Source of the DNA: Fibrobacterota bacterium
GTDB lineage: Bacteria; Fibrobacterota; Fibrobacteria; UBA11236
Length of the DNA stretch: 64,000 nucleotides
Direction: 5' to 3'
Assembly: GCA_023249635.1 (NCBI GenBank)
Contig: JAHFCH010000008.1
Span: 2,810-66,809 of the forward strand
Numbering within the stretch: the first letter of the stretch is position 1; each line of letters starts with the position of its first letter. Both the position numbers and the translations under genes were made by a program. Positions 55,181 to 64,000 of this stretch are shown here, piece by piece. The notes beneath the pieces are model-generated. The model was not told where the DNA came from. It worked only from the letters and a program-made list of their open reading frames with translations, and searched no databases.

Positions 55181-57496
55181 ATGTTTCGCAAAACCCTCGC
55201 CCTGGGATGGGCCCTGGCGCTGGCAGCCTGCGCGATCTGGCTCGCGTTGCGCCTGCCCAAGGCTTCCCTGGAATCGAGCATCTTCGCCTTGCTGCCCGAA
55301 CGCGCCGGGGATGCCGCCGTACGTTCCGCCTCCCAAGCCTTGCGCGCCGAAGCCGAGAAACGCTTTCTGATACTGTTCGCGGACCAAGACCCGGAGCGGG
55401 CCACCCGCGCCGCCGAGGCATACGCCGCTCGCCTCAAGACCTCGAAGGCCGTGGCCGAAGCGATATGCGCGATTCCCCCCGCGGGCGCCGGCCGCATGCT
55501 GGATTTCTTTTCTCCCCATCGTTACCGCCTGCTGAGCGCGCAGGATCGCGCCGCCTTGCGGCAGGATGGCGGCGCCCTCAAGGATATGATCCAACGCGGA
55601 CTTTACCTGCCCCCCGGGGTTTCCGGCGGTTTGGGTTTCGCGCAGGATCCCTTCGGCGTATTCGGCCGCTGGTTGGCCTCGAAGGGTTCGGCAGCGGGTG
55701 GCCTCACCCTCCAGGATGGGCATCTGATCGCCATGGTGGACGGCAAGACCGCCGTGGCCGTGCTCGGGGTTTTGGGGCCACGGGGCCGGGGCATGGAAGC
55801 GCAGTCCGCACTGGCCGCCGATTTCGCGGCCGCCGCGGAGGCAGCCCGCAAAGCCGGGCCCGTGGAAATCATCCGCTCGGGATTCGTGTTCCATGAATTG
55901 GTGGCCGCGCGCCAAGCCAACCGGGAAATGACTTCCATCGGATCGGTATCGGCGGTGCTGTTGCTGATCTTGATGCTGGCCGTTTTCCGCGGCATCCGCC
56001 CCACCCTGCTCGGCTTTCTGCCGGTCGCGGTAGGTTGCCTGGCCGCTACGGCGGTGTTGCTGCTGGCTTGGAGCGGCAAGGTCCATCTCATCGCCATGGT
56101 ATTCGGATCCACCATCGTAGGCGTGGCCGAGGATTACGGAATGCTGTTCATCGCCGGGTTGTACGAAGAAGGCCCATGGGATCCGGCCAAACGCATGGCC
56201 GAAGTCGGCCGCAGCATATTCCTGGGCATGCTCACCTCCGTGGCCGGGTATGTCGCTTTGTTCTTCGTGCCCATCCCAGGGCTGCGGCAGATCGGGGTTT
56301 TCTCCATCGCCGGGCTCGTCGCGTCTTGGATCAGCGTGGCCCTCTGGTATCCTTGGCTATCCAAAGGACTCAAGCCGGTAGGCCCGGCCTCCCGCCGCGC
56401 CGCTGCCTCCCTCGCCGCCCGCTGGCCCAAAGTCTCGCGGGGATACCTCGCCGCCGCGACCCTGGCCCTGCTTGCCGCAATCTCGCTGTGGGGCTGCTTG
56501 CGGCTATCCGTCGACGACGACGTGCGGCTGCTGTACGCGCAGGATCCGGTCCTGAAAAAGGAACAGGATCGGGCCTCGGCGGTTCTGAAAATGCCCGGTA
56601 CCGGCCGCTTCTTTCTGGTAAAGGGAGCGGATCGGGAAAGCATCCTTGCCTCCGAGGAAAAGCTCTTGGACACCCTGGCACAGGCGGATCCTGCGGGTAA
56701 CGGTATCTTGGGTGTTACCTCGTTCGTCCCCAGCGCGGCACGCCAATCCGCGGATCTGGAATCGCTGCGCAAGGCCCTGGCGGGCGGTGCCGCCGCCGGG
56801 CTGGCGCGGGAATTGGAGACTCCGGAGCTCGCCGCCCGCATGACGACGGCCCTCGATGGCGGCTCCCAGCCCTTGGCGCTGGACGCCTGGCTGGCCGATC
56901 CGGTCTCCCTGCCTTTCCGCCAGCTCTGGCGCGATAGCGCATCGGTCATTCCCCTGCCCGCCGATCTCGCCCTTTCCGCCCAGGCCCTGCGCGCCCTCGC
57001 CGGCGCGATCGGTCCCGGAGTCATCCTGGTCGATCAATTGCAGGATGTCACGGATACCCTGGCCTTCCTGCGCCGGCACCTGGTCTGGGTGCTCGCCGTC
57101 GGAGCGGGCCTGGTGGCGCTCGCCCTCATTCCCATGCTGCGCCTGCGTACGCCGGCCGCCATCGCACCGGCCGCCCTGGGCGTGGCCGCGGGACTGGGTG
57201 CGCTCGGCTTAAGCGGACTGCCTCTGAACCTTTTCGCGCTGTTGGCCCTGGCCCTGATCCTGGGGATGGGGATCGACTACGGCATCTTCATCCAGGAAAG
57301 CCGCCGCCATCGCGCCTCGGCATTGGTGGCCATCAACTTGGGGGCCTTGACCAACATGATCGCCTTCGGCATGCTCGCCTTCAGCACCACCCCGGCCCTT
57401 CAGGCATTCGGGTTGGTGCTCGGGGCCGGCCTGGGCGTGGCCTGGCTCACCGCCCCTTGTTTCTCGCCTTCGGAAGGAAATCCCCATGCATCATGA
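55181..57496 (+). CDS. MMPL/RND-superfamily predicted exporter
   Basis: 771 aa. Two 6-TM bundles separated by periplasmic domains (e.g. LFIAGLYEEG...MLTSVAGYVALFFVPIPGLRQIGVFSIAGL, LVLGMGIDYGIFIQES). Confidence 0.7.
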   Translation: MFRKTLALGWALALAACAIWLALRLPKASLESSIFALLPERAGDAAVRSASQALRAEAEKRFLILFADQDPERATRAAEAYAARLKTSKAVAEAICAIPPAGAGRMLDFFSPHRYRLLSAQDRAALRQDGGALKDMIQRGLYLPPGVSGGLGFAQDPFGVFGRWLASKGSAAGGLTLQDGHLIAMVDGKTAVAVLGVLGPRGRGMEAQSALAADFAAAAEAARKAGPVEIIRSGFVFHELVAARQANREMTSIGSVSAVLLLILMLAVFRGIRPTLLGFLPVAVGCLAATAVLLLAWSGKVHLIAMVFGSTIVGVAEDYGMLFIAGLYEEGPWDPAKRMAEVGRSIFLGMLTSVAGYVALFFVPIPGLRQIGVFSIAGLVASWISVALWYPWLSKGLKPVGPASRRAAASLAARWPKVSRGYLAAATLALLAAISLWGCLRLSVDDDVRLLYAQDPVLKKEQDRASAVLKMPGTGRFFLVKGADRESILASEEKLLDTLAQADPAGNGILGVTSFVPSAARQSADLESLRKALAGGAAAGLARELETPELAARMTTALDGGSQPLALDAWLADPVSLPFRQLWRDSASVIPLPADLALSAQALRALAGAIGPGVILVDQLQDVTDTLAFLRRHLVWVLAVGAGLVALALIPMLRLRTPAAIAPAALGVAAGLGALGLSGLPLNLFALLALALILGMGIDYGIFIQESRRHRASALVAINLGALTNMIAFGMLAFSTTPALQAFGLVLGAGLGVAWLTAPCFSPSEGNPHAS

Positions 57497-58721
57497 AACC
57501 GACGTCGCCATATTGGGCGCCGGCCCCTCGGGCAGCCTGGCCGCCGCCCTGCTGCATAAGCGCGGCATCAAAACCGCCGTGTTCGAACGGGAAACCTTCC
57601 CGCGTTTTTCCATCGGCGAAAGCATGCTGCCCCAGACCATGGAAATCCTGGAAGAGGCCGGGCTGTTGCGGCCGGTGGTGGAAGCGGGCTTCCAGTACAA
57701 GAACGGCGCGGCCTTCTGCCGCGGCAACCGTAGTTCGGTTTTCGATTTCCGCGAGAAAAGCACTCCGGGCTGGTCGACCACCTACCAGGTGGTGCGCGCG
57801 GATTTCGACAAGGTGCTCATCGACGCCGTGGCGGCCAGGGGCGTGCCCGTGCATTACCGTCACGAGGTGGCCCAAGTGGAGCCGGAGGAAAAGGGTGTGG
57901 CCATCCGCGGGAAATCCCCGGAGGGCGATTTCACCGTTCAGGCGAAATTCGCGTTGGATGCCACCGGGTTCGGACGCCTGCTGCCGCGCCTGCTTAAGCT
58001 GGAAACCCCCTCGCAATTCCCCACCCGCATGGCACTCTTCACGCATATCCAGGACGGCATTCCTGCGGGCGGTATGGATCGGCAAAAGATCCTGGTGAGC
58101 GTGCACCCGACCGACAAAGCCATCTGGTACTGGCTGATCCCGTTTTCGAACGGCCGTTGTTCCATCGGCGTGGTGGCGGAACCGCGCCTCATCGAGCACG
58201 TAAAGGCGGCCAATCCCGAAGGCGGTGAAACCGCCTGGCTCAAAGCCCTCGTTGCCGAGACCCCTTCCCTGGCGGGCATGCTCGGGAACGCGGTATGGGA
58301 TACCCCCGCCCGCTCCCTGCGTGGCTACGCAGCCGACGTAAAAGCCCTACACGGCCCTTCCTTCGCCCTGCTCGGGAACGCGGGTGAATTCCTGGATCCG
58401 GTTTTCAGCTCCGGCGTCACCATCGCCATGCGCTCGGCCAGTCTCATCGCGCCTCTGGTACAGCGGCATCTGGCGGGCGGCAAGGTGGATTGGGCCAAGG
58501 AGTACGATCAACCCCTGCGCAGAGGCGTCGATGCCTTCCGGTCCTTCGTGGATTCCTGGTACCGCGGCGGATTCCAGGACGTGATCTTTTACGAAAATCC
58601 CCAGCCTCAGGTAAAAGCGATGATCTGCTCCATCCTGGCGGGCTACGCCTGGGATCTCTCCAACCCGTACGTGGCGGATCCGAAGCGGCTCAAAGTTTTG
58701 GAGGAGCTATGCGCGGAATGA
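57486..58721 (+). CDS. flavin-dependent halogenase
   Basis: GxGxxG motif (DVAILGAGPSGS). Both halogenase signature motifs are present: IGESMLPQT (GxSxxP-like) and WYWLIPF (WxWxIP). Confidence 0.7.
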   Translation: MHHETDVAILGAGPSGSLAAALLHKRGIKTAVFERETFPRFSIGESMLPQTMEILEEAGLLRPVVEAGFQYKNGAAFCRGNRSSVFDFREKSTPGWSTTYQVVRADFDKVLIDAVAARGVPVHYRHEVAQVEPEEKGVAIRGKSPEGDFTVQAKFALDATGFGRLLPRLLKLETPSQFPTRMALFTHIQDGIPAGGMDRQKILVSVHPTDKAIWYWLIPFSNGRCSIGVVAEPRLIEHVKAANPEGGETAWLKALVAETPSLAGMLGNAVWDTPARSLRGYAADVKALHGPSFALLGNAGEFLDPVFSSGVTIAMRSASLIAPLVQRHLAGGKVDWAKEYDQPLRRGVDAFRSFVDSWYRGGFQDVIFYENPQPQVKAMICSILAGYAWDLSNPYVADPKRLKVLEELCAE

Positions 58722-58757
58722 TCGGTTGGGAATTAAGAGTATTCCCTATAATCGGCG

Positions 58758-58865
58758 CATCGTCGGGCGTCGGGCGTCGGGCGTCGGGCGCAAAGAGCGC
58801 TCTTGCAAGCATGCAATGCGCTCGCCTGCTTTTTCTTAACGCCCGACGCCCGACGCCCGACGAAA
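58758..58865. repeat. second copy of the (CGTCGGG)x4 / (CCCGACG)x3 inverted-arm element
   Basis: Left arm 58760-58790 and right arm 58840-58863. The ~49-bp core contains the palindromes AGAGCGCTCT and GCATGC and is related to the core of the copy at 10985-11106. Confidence 0.6.
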
Positions 58866-59434
58866 TCCTACCGGTACGCATCCATTCCCTGATCCGCACC
58901 GTTGTCGCGGGTACCATTCTTCTCCTTACCGACTGCTGCTTCCATCCCCATCCCCCCGCGCCCTGGCCATTGCCCAAGGTGGCGGAGGCGCCGTTCCGCG
59001 GGAACTGGGTGCAGACCTTGCGGCTGGAGCGAGGCGACCGCGAGGCGCGCTTTCTGGCAGTCATCGAAACCGACGGCGACAGCCTGACCCTGGCCGGGCT
59101 CTCGCCCATGGGACAAAGGATCATCCGCATCCTCTGGCGCGACGGCAAAGTGATACAGGAAGTGGACGCCAACCTGCCGGTGAAAATCGATGGGGAAGCC
59201 ATCCTGCGCGATGTGGTATTCGCCAACTGGCCACCCGAAGCGCTGCAGGCGATCCTGGCGGGCACCGCCTGGAAGGCGGAATTCTCCGGAGCGCAACGTA
59301 AGCTCATGCTCGGCAAACGGGTCTGGATGACGACCGCGCCCGAGACGACTCCGGACGGCGAAGGCTTGCTGGTCGACCATGTCGCGGAAAAATACCGCGT
59401 GCATGTCGCCACCGTGGAGAAGAACGCTCCGTGA
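58811..59434 (+). CDS. hypothetical (lipo)protein of aryl-polyene cluster
   Basis: The only in-frame ATG (58811) lies inside the repeat element. A hydrophobic stretch (TILLLTDCC) follows. The position corresponds to the DUF3261-type lipoprotein of E. coli-type aryl-polyene clusters. Start is uncertain. Confidence 0.35.
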   Translation: MQCARLLFLNARRPTPDEILPVRIHSLIRTVVAGTILLLTDCCFHPHPPAPWPLPKVAEAPFRGNWVQTLRLERGDREARFLAVIETDGDSLTLAGLSPMGQRIIRILWRDGKVIQEVDANLPVKIDGEAILRDVVFANWPPEALQAILAGTAWKAEFSGAQRKLMLGKRVWMTTAPETTPDGEGLLVDHVAEKYRVHVATVEKNAP

Positions 59435-60612
59435 ACGCCTACCTCTCCGACCTGGGTCTCACCTGCGCCGCCGGGGACGGGTTGGAAGCCTGCCTGGTCA
59501 ATCTGCGCGCGGGGCGCTCGCCGGGGATGCTCGCCACCGATCGTTATACCCCCGGGTCGCCGTTAACCGTCGGCGAGGTATCCGCCCAGCTACCGTCCCT
59601 GGAAGGTTACCCTGAGACCATGCGTAGCCGCAACAACGCTTTGGCCCTGCACGCCTGCGCGCAAATCCGCCCCGCCATCGAATCGGCCTTGGCCCGCTTC
59701 GGCGCCCGGCGTTTCGCCGTGGTGGCGGCCAGCAGCACCTCCGGCATCGCCGAGGCGGAGCGGGCGTTCGCGGCGGCGCGCGAAACCGGCGTACTGCCTC
59801 CCGATTTCGCCTACGCCCAACAGGAACTCGGTTCCCCCGCGGAATTCCTGGCCCGGGCCTTCGGTCTCATGGGGCCGGCCTTTACGGTATCTACCGCCTG
59901 TTCCTCTTCGGCCAAGGCCTTGGCGGCGGCCCGTCGCTTATTGCGCCTGGGCGCATGCGATGCGGTGCTGGTCGGCGGAGCCGATACCCTGTGCGCCTTC
60001 ACCTTGCGCGGGTTCTCCTCCTTGGGGCTGCTTTCCCCGGAAACCACCAATCCCTTCAGCCGCAACCGCAAGGGAATCAATATCGGGGAGGCCGCGGCCT
60101 TCTTCGTCATGCGTCGCGATCAAGGTCCGGTGCGGTTGGCGGGCGCGGGCGAGACCTGCGATGCCCATAATATCTCGGCACCGTTGCCGGGAGGCGAAGG
60201 CGCGCGGGACGCGATGCAGGCTGCCTTGCGCGATGCCGGCGCGCCGCCGCAACATATCGGTTACGTTAACCTGCATGGTACGGGTACGCCCCAGAACGAC
60301 GCCATGGAGGCCAGGGCCATGGCCGCGGTTTTCCCCCAGGGCGTCCCCTGTTCCTCCACCAAACCCCTGACCGGGCATACCCTGGGGGCCGCCGGGGCCC
60401 TGGAGGCCGGGTTCTGCTGGGCCTTATTGGCGGGACGCGCCGCAGACGGCTGGTTGCCGCAGCACGTGAACGACGGCATGGCGGATCCGGAGCTGCCGCG
60501 CGTGGATCTGGCGCCGCCCGGATTCCTGGCCGCGCAACCGCCGAAGCTGGCCATGAGCAACGTGTTCGGATTCGGCGGCACCAACGTTTCCCTAATCCTG
60601 GGCGCCGCATGA
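59431..60612 (+). CDS. beta-ketoacyl-ACP synthase (FabB/FabF-like)
   Basis: Active-site Cys (TVSTACSSSAKAL) and the two His (NLHGTGTPQND, GHTLGAAGALEA). Confidence 0.8.
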   Translation: MNAYLSDLGLTCAAGDGLEACLVNLRAGRSPGMLATDRYTPGSPLTVGEVSAQLPSLEGYPETMRSRNNALALHACAQIRPAIESALARFGARRFAVVAASSTSGIAEAERAFAAARETGVLPPDFAYAQQELGSPAEFLARAFGLMGPAFTVSTACSSSAKALAAARRLLRLGACDAVLVGGADTLCAFTLRGFSSLGLLSPETTNPFSRNRKGINIGEAAAFFVMRRDQGPVRLAGAGETCDAHNISAPLPGGEGARDAMQAALRDAGAPPQHIGYVNLHGTGTPQNDAMEARAMAAVFPQGVPCSSTKPLTGHTLGAAGALEAGFCWALLAGRAADGWLPQHVNDGMADPELPRVDLAPPGFLAAQPPKLAMSNVFGFGGTNVSLILGAA

Positions 60613-61142
60613 CCTATCCTGCCGAACTCGCCGCCGCCATCGACGCCCAATGCCGGCGGCCTATCATCGAGCTCATCCCCCATCGCCCGCCCATGGCCCT
60701 GCTTGATGAGGCCTGCGGTATGGAAGGCGATTTCTTCAAGGCCAAGGTGCGCATCCGCCCGGGAATCCCATTTTTCGCGGAGCGCGGGGAACCGGACGGG
60801 CTCCCGAGCGGAGTACCCGCTTGGGTGGGCCTGGAATACATGGCCCAGACGGTGGCGGCCTATTCAGGCGCCCTGGGGCTGGCCAAGGGCGGGACCATCA
60901 AGCCAGGTATGCTGCTGGGAACGCGTGAATACGCCGCCTCCATGCCCGTGTTCGCCGAGGGCAGGGAATTGGAAGTGCTGGTACGCATAGATATCTTTCA
61001 GGAGCGTGGCGTAAGCAGCATGGAATGCCGCATCCGATCATCCGGCGATGGCGGCGCGGAAGCGGCGGTAGAGCTCGCCCGCGCCCAGATAACCGTCATC
61101 GAAGTGCCTGACATCCGCACCCTATTGAAGGAACGATCCTGA
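60609..61142 (+). CDS. hotdog-fold 3-hydroxyacyl-ACP dehydratase (aryl-polyene type)
   Basis: 177 aa. HRPPMALLDE...WVGLEYMAQTVAAYSG is the FabA/FabZ-like hotdog core. Confidence 0.55.
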   Translation: MTYPAELAAAIDAQCRRPIIELIPHRPPMALLDEACGMEGDFFKAKVRIRPGIPFFAERGEPDGLPSGVPAWVGLEYMAQTVAAYSGALGLAKGGTIKPGMLLGTREYAASMPVFAEGRELEVLVRIDIFQERGVSSMECRIRSSGDGGAEAAVELARAQITVIEVPDIRTLLKERS

Positions 61143-61876
61143 TGAACGCCACCAAGACCGTATTGGTCACGGGCAGCAGCCGCGGTATCGGCCGCGCGGT
61201 CGCGTTGCGCCTGGCGAAAGCAGGCTATGGCCTGGTGGCCCACGGCCGCGCGCCCGGAGGCGCCCTGGAGGAAACCGTTTCCGCTTTGCACGCCGCGGGC
61301 GCGGCAGTCCGCACGCTTTGTTTCGACGTGGCCGATCGCGCGGGCGCCGCGGCCGCCCTGGAGGCTGACGTGGAAGCCCATGGCGCCTATTACGGAGTCG
61401 TCTGCAATGCCGGCATCACCCGCGACGCCCCCTTCCCCGGGATGACCGGCGAGGATTGGGATCTGGTGCTGCGCACCGATCTGGACTCCTTCTACAACGT
61501 GCTTCGGCCCATCGTGATGCCCATGATCCAGCGGCGGGCGCCGGGACGCATCGTCACCATCGCATCGGTATCGGGCCTGATGGGCAACCGCGGTCAGGCC
61601 AATTACGCGGCGGCCAAGGCCGGCGTCATCGCGGCGACGAAATCCCTGGCGCTGGAACTGGCCAAGCGCCATATCACCGTAAACTGCGTGGCCCCGGGGC
61701 TGATCGGCACCGAGATGGTTCGCGAAGAAGTCCTGGAACAGCTCATGAACCTGATCCCTTTGAAGCGCGCGGGCAAACCCGAGGATGTCGCGGGCCTGGT
61801 GGCCTTCCTGCTATCCGACGAAGCCGAATATATCACGCGGCAGGTATTCGCCGTGGACGGGGGCTTGAGCACATGA
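61142..61876 (+). CDS. fabG: 3-oxoacyl-ACP reductase (SDR family)
   Basis: TGSSRGIGRAVALRLA (Rossmann fold), NAGITRD, and the catalytic S...YAAAK (SGLMGNRGQANYAAAKAG). Confidence 0.85.
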   Translation: MNATKTVLVTGSSRGIGRAVALRLAKAGYGLVAHGRAPGGALEETVSALHAAGAAVRTLCFDVADRAGAAAALEADVEAHGAYYGVVCNAGITRDAPFPGMTGEDWDLVLRTDLDSFYNVLRPIVMPMIQRRAPGRIVTIASVSGLMGNRGQANYAAAKAGVIAATKSLALELAKRHITVNCVAPGLIGTEMVREEVLEQLMNLIPLKRAGKPEDVAGLVAFLLSDEAEYITRQVFAVDGGLST

Positions 61877-63099
61877 AGCGCGTAGTGGTCACCGGCATGG
61901 CCGGCATCTCCCCCATCGGCAACGATTGGGATTCCGCCGCGGCCGCCTTGCGCGGCAAACTCAGCGCCGTCGTGCGTATGGACGATTGGGTCCAGTACAA
62001 GGGCTTGAATACCTTGCTGGCCGCGCCCGCCAAGCCTTTCGAACTGCCCGCCGCCATCTATACCCGCAAGGTCCTGCGCTCCATGGGTCCGGTGGCCCGC
62101 ATGGCCGTGCGGGTTGCCGAATTGGCGCTGCGCGACGCGGGCCTCCACGATCATGCGGTGCTCAAGAGCGGCCGCACCGGCGTGGCCTTCGGTTCGTCCA
62201 CGGGTTCGCCCGAGGCCATCGGCGACTTCGCCAACATGCTCATCAACAAGACCACCGAGGCGATAACCGCCACCACCTACATCCGCATGATGCCGCATAC
62301 CACTTCGGTGAATATCGCGGTGCATTTCGGGTTGCAGGGCCGCGTCTATACCACTTCCACGGCTTGCACCAGCGGCAGCCAATCCATCGGCCTGGCCTAC
62401 GAGGCCATCAAGGACGGCCGCCAGACGGTGATGATCGCCGGCGGCGCCGAGGAATTGACGCCCACCGAGGCCGCGGTCTTCGATACCCTGTTCGCCACCT
62501 CGGTGAAGAACAACGATCCCACCCATTCGCCCAGGCCATTCGACAAGGACCGCGACGGCCTGGTGGTGGGAGAAGGCGCCGGGGCCCTGATCCTGGAAGA
62601 ACGCGAGCATGCACTGGCCCGCGGCGCGCGCATCCACGCCGAGCTGGTAGGCTTCGGGACCAATTGCGACGGCAGCCACGTGACCCAGCCTTCGGCCGAA
62701 ACCATGGCCGAAGCCATGCGCCTGGCCCTGCGCGACGCCGACCTGCATCCGGACGCCATCGGCTACGTGAACGCCCACGGCACCGCCACCGAACACGGTG
62801 ACATCGCCGAATCCACCGCCACTCGCCGCGTTTTCGAGCGGCGCGTGCCCATCTCCTCGCTCAAGAGCTATTTCGGGCATACCCTGGGGGCATGCGGAGC
62901 CTTGGAGGCCTGGCTTACCATCGAGATGATGCGTAACGACTGGGTGTCCCCCACCCTGAACCTGGCCAATGTGGACCCGCGCTGCGGCGACCTGGACTAC
63001 GTGATGGGCGAGGCGCGCAGCCTGAAAACGGATCTGGCCATGTCAAACAACTTCGCTTTCGGCGGGATCAATACCTCGCTGATTTTCCGGCGCGCCTGA
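61873..63099 (+). CDS. beta-ketoacyl-ACP synthase II-like
   Basis: MKRVVVTGMAGISPIGN...TSTACTSGSQSIG...VNAHGTATEHGD...GHTLGACGALEA. ATG overlaps the fabG stop. Confidence 0.85.
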   Translation: MKRVVVTGMAGISPIGNDWDSAAAALRGKLSAVVRMDDWVQYKGLNTLLAAPAKPFELPAAIYTRKVLRSMGPVARMAVRVAELALRDAGLHDHAVLKSGRTGVAFGSSTGSPEAIGDFANMLINKTTEAITATTYIRMMPHTTSVNIAVHFGLQGRVYTTSTACTSGSQSIGLAYEAIKDGRQTVMIAGGAEELTPTEAAVFDTLFATSVKNNDPTHSPRPFDKDRDGLVVGEGAGALILEEREHALARGARIHAELVGFGTNCDGSHVTQPSAETMAEAMRLALRDADLHPDAIGYVNAHGTATEHGDIAESTATRRVFERRVPISSLKSYFGHTLGACGALEAWLTIEMMRNDWVSPTLNLANVDPRCGDLDYVMGEARSLKTDLAMSNNFAFGGINTSLIFRRA

Positions 63100-63117
63100 T
63101 TCCGTAAGCCCGTTCCG

Positions 63118-63582
63118 CTAGGCGGACAGGGCAATGATTTCCAGCAGCGATCCCCGCCAGGGCAACTTATCACCGGCATGCTTCCCCTTCAACGCCGCGC
63201 CGATGGGGCTGGCCAGGGAAGCCGTCTTGATGGTGATTCCGCCGTATTCGATTTCGCCGAAGCTGGTCCCCAACAGGAACCAGCCTTGCGAAGTTTCCAC
63301 CAGGGATCCGAAAGTGATGACCTTGCCGGCAGGGGCCGCGGCCATACGCTCCAAGGCTTCCAGGCCCGCCTTGGCTTCAACCAGGTTGGCATCCATCAGG
63401 CGGCGGGTCTGGGCGATCATCTCCCGCGCGGTTTCGTATTTGTCTCCCGCGCTGCTTTTGGTCTCGCTTGCGGCGGCGGCGTCCAATCCCGCGATCTCGC
63501 GGGCATACCCCGCGGCCTTTTCCGTCTGGCCGGCGCGCAAGAGGGCGATCAGGCCGGAACGATCGGGAACGCGCATCCCCAA
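63118..63582 (-). CDS. GreA/GreB-family protein (Rnk-like)
   Basis: The C-terminal FKBP-like domain (VITFGSLVETSQGWFLLGTSFGEIEYGGITIKTASLASPIGAALKGKHAGDKLPW) matches the Gre factor C-terminus. Confidence 0.5.
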   Translation of the reverse strand: MGMRVPDRSGLIALLRAGQTEKAAGYAREIAGLDAAAASETKSSAGDKYETAREMIAQTRRLMDANLVEAKAGLEALERMAAAPAGKVITFGSLVETSQGWFLLGTSFGEIEYGGITIKTASLASPIGAALKGKHAGDKLPWRGSLLEIIALSA

Positions 63583-63800
63583 ATGCTACTAATCGAGGTT
63601 CGCGGAAATGACCCGTTTTGGGGCAGGGTTTTCAAAATGGAAACCAGATTTACAAGAGTATGCGGGAATTGTACTCGCGAAATCGGGTTCCCGGGGTATT
63701 TTTGGGGTGTGTGGGGTGGGTTACGCCTTCCTTGATAAAAACATTCCGAAAACCTAGGTTCGGATTCCTCGGGGGATCCTAATTAAGGAAGTGGGGTAGA

Positions 63801-64000
63801 TATGAGATCTCGAATCGGTTTTGCATTTGTGTCCGTTTTTTCCGCAGGCATGCTTCTGGCGGGCCTGACCGCAACCCAGGCGCAAACGAAATGGAGCTAC
63901 CCCGGTTGCGATGACGTGACCGAGGCCAATTTCAAATACGATACGCTGGTGATCCACTCCAAGGACGCCACCTTCGGCGAACCCACCAAGATGGCGTTCG
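63801..64000 (+). CDS. secreted protein, N-terminal fragment (continues beyond window)
   Basis: ATG at 63801 is preceded by AGGAAGTGGGG. The signal peptide is FAFVSVFSAGMLLAGLTATQA. Confidence 0.4.

Noticed and set aside
57447-58199. 250-aa minus-strand ORF
   Set aside because: Antisense to the halogenase gene. No motif.
61603-62880. 425-aa minus-strand ORF
   Set aside because: Antisense to the KS II gene. Gly/Ala-rich shadow ORF.

Overview
This is a high-GC (~65%) bacterial chromosomal window with short intergenic gaps and many overlapping start/stop junctions. Several proteins end in T9SS (Por-type) C-terminal sorting domains and one gene resembles the Fibrobacter TIGR02147 paralog family, so the organism is probably from the Fibrobacteres-Chlorobi-Bacteroidetes superphylum. 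It is also flagellated. 

From start to end the window contains: 
- An HDOD signalling protein gene followed by a FliN/SpoA-like gene. 
- A cell-envelope block: LptD-like, Maf, RodZ-like. 
- hisB. 
- A contiguous bacillithiol synthesis cluster (bshC, bshB, bshA) on the minus strand, ending in a stand-alone response regulator. 
- A methyltransferase, bioA and a pabA-pabB fusion. 
- A PAP2 phosphatase. 
- A PAS-GAF-PAS-GGDEF-EAL c-di-GMP protein. 
- Six tandem flagellin genes, most with their own sigma-28-type promoter and a hairpin terminator. 
- An island of T9SS-targeted secreted proteins: two DUF1080 proteins, a PQQ-type sugar dehydrogenase, an MshQ-like LamG lipoprotein and a BNR-repeat protein. 
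- pgm, a type-II NADH dehydrogenase, a GNAT, a GxGYxYP-family protein, a second sugar dehydrogenase and a TetR regulator. 
- A ~16.6 kb translationally coupled aryl-polyene (flexirubin/xanthomonadin-type) biosynthetic cluster that carries a tyrosine/histidine ammonia-lyase and a flavin-dependent halogenase. 

One copy of a structured heptamer-repeat element lies upstream of bshB and a second lies inside the aryl-polyene cluster. I recognised no rRNA, tRNA or CRISPR array by eye.
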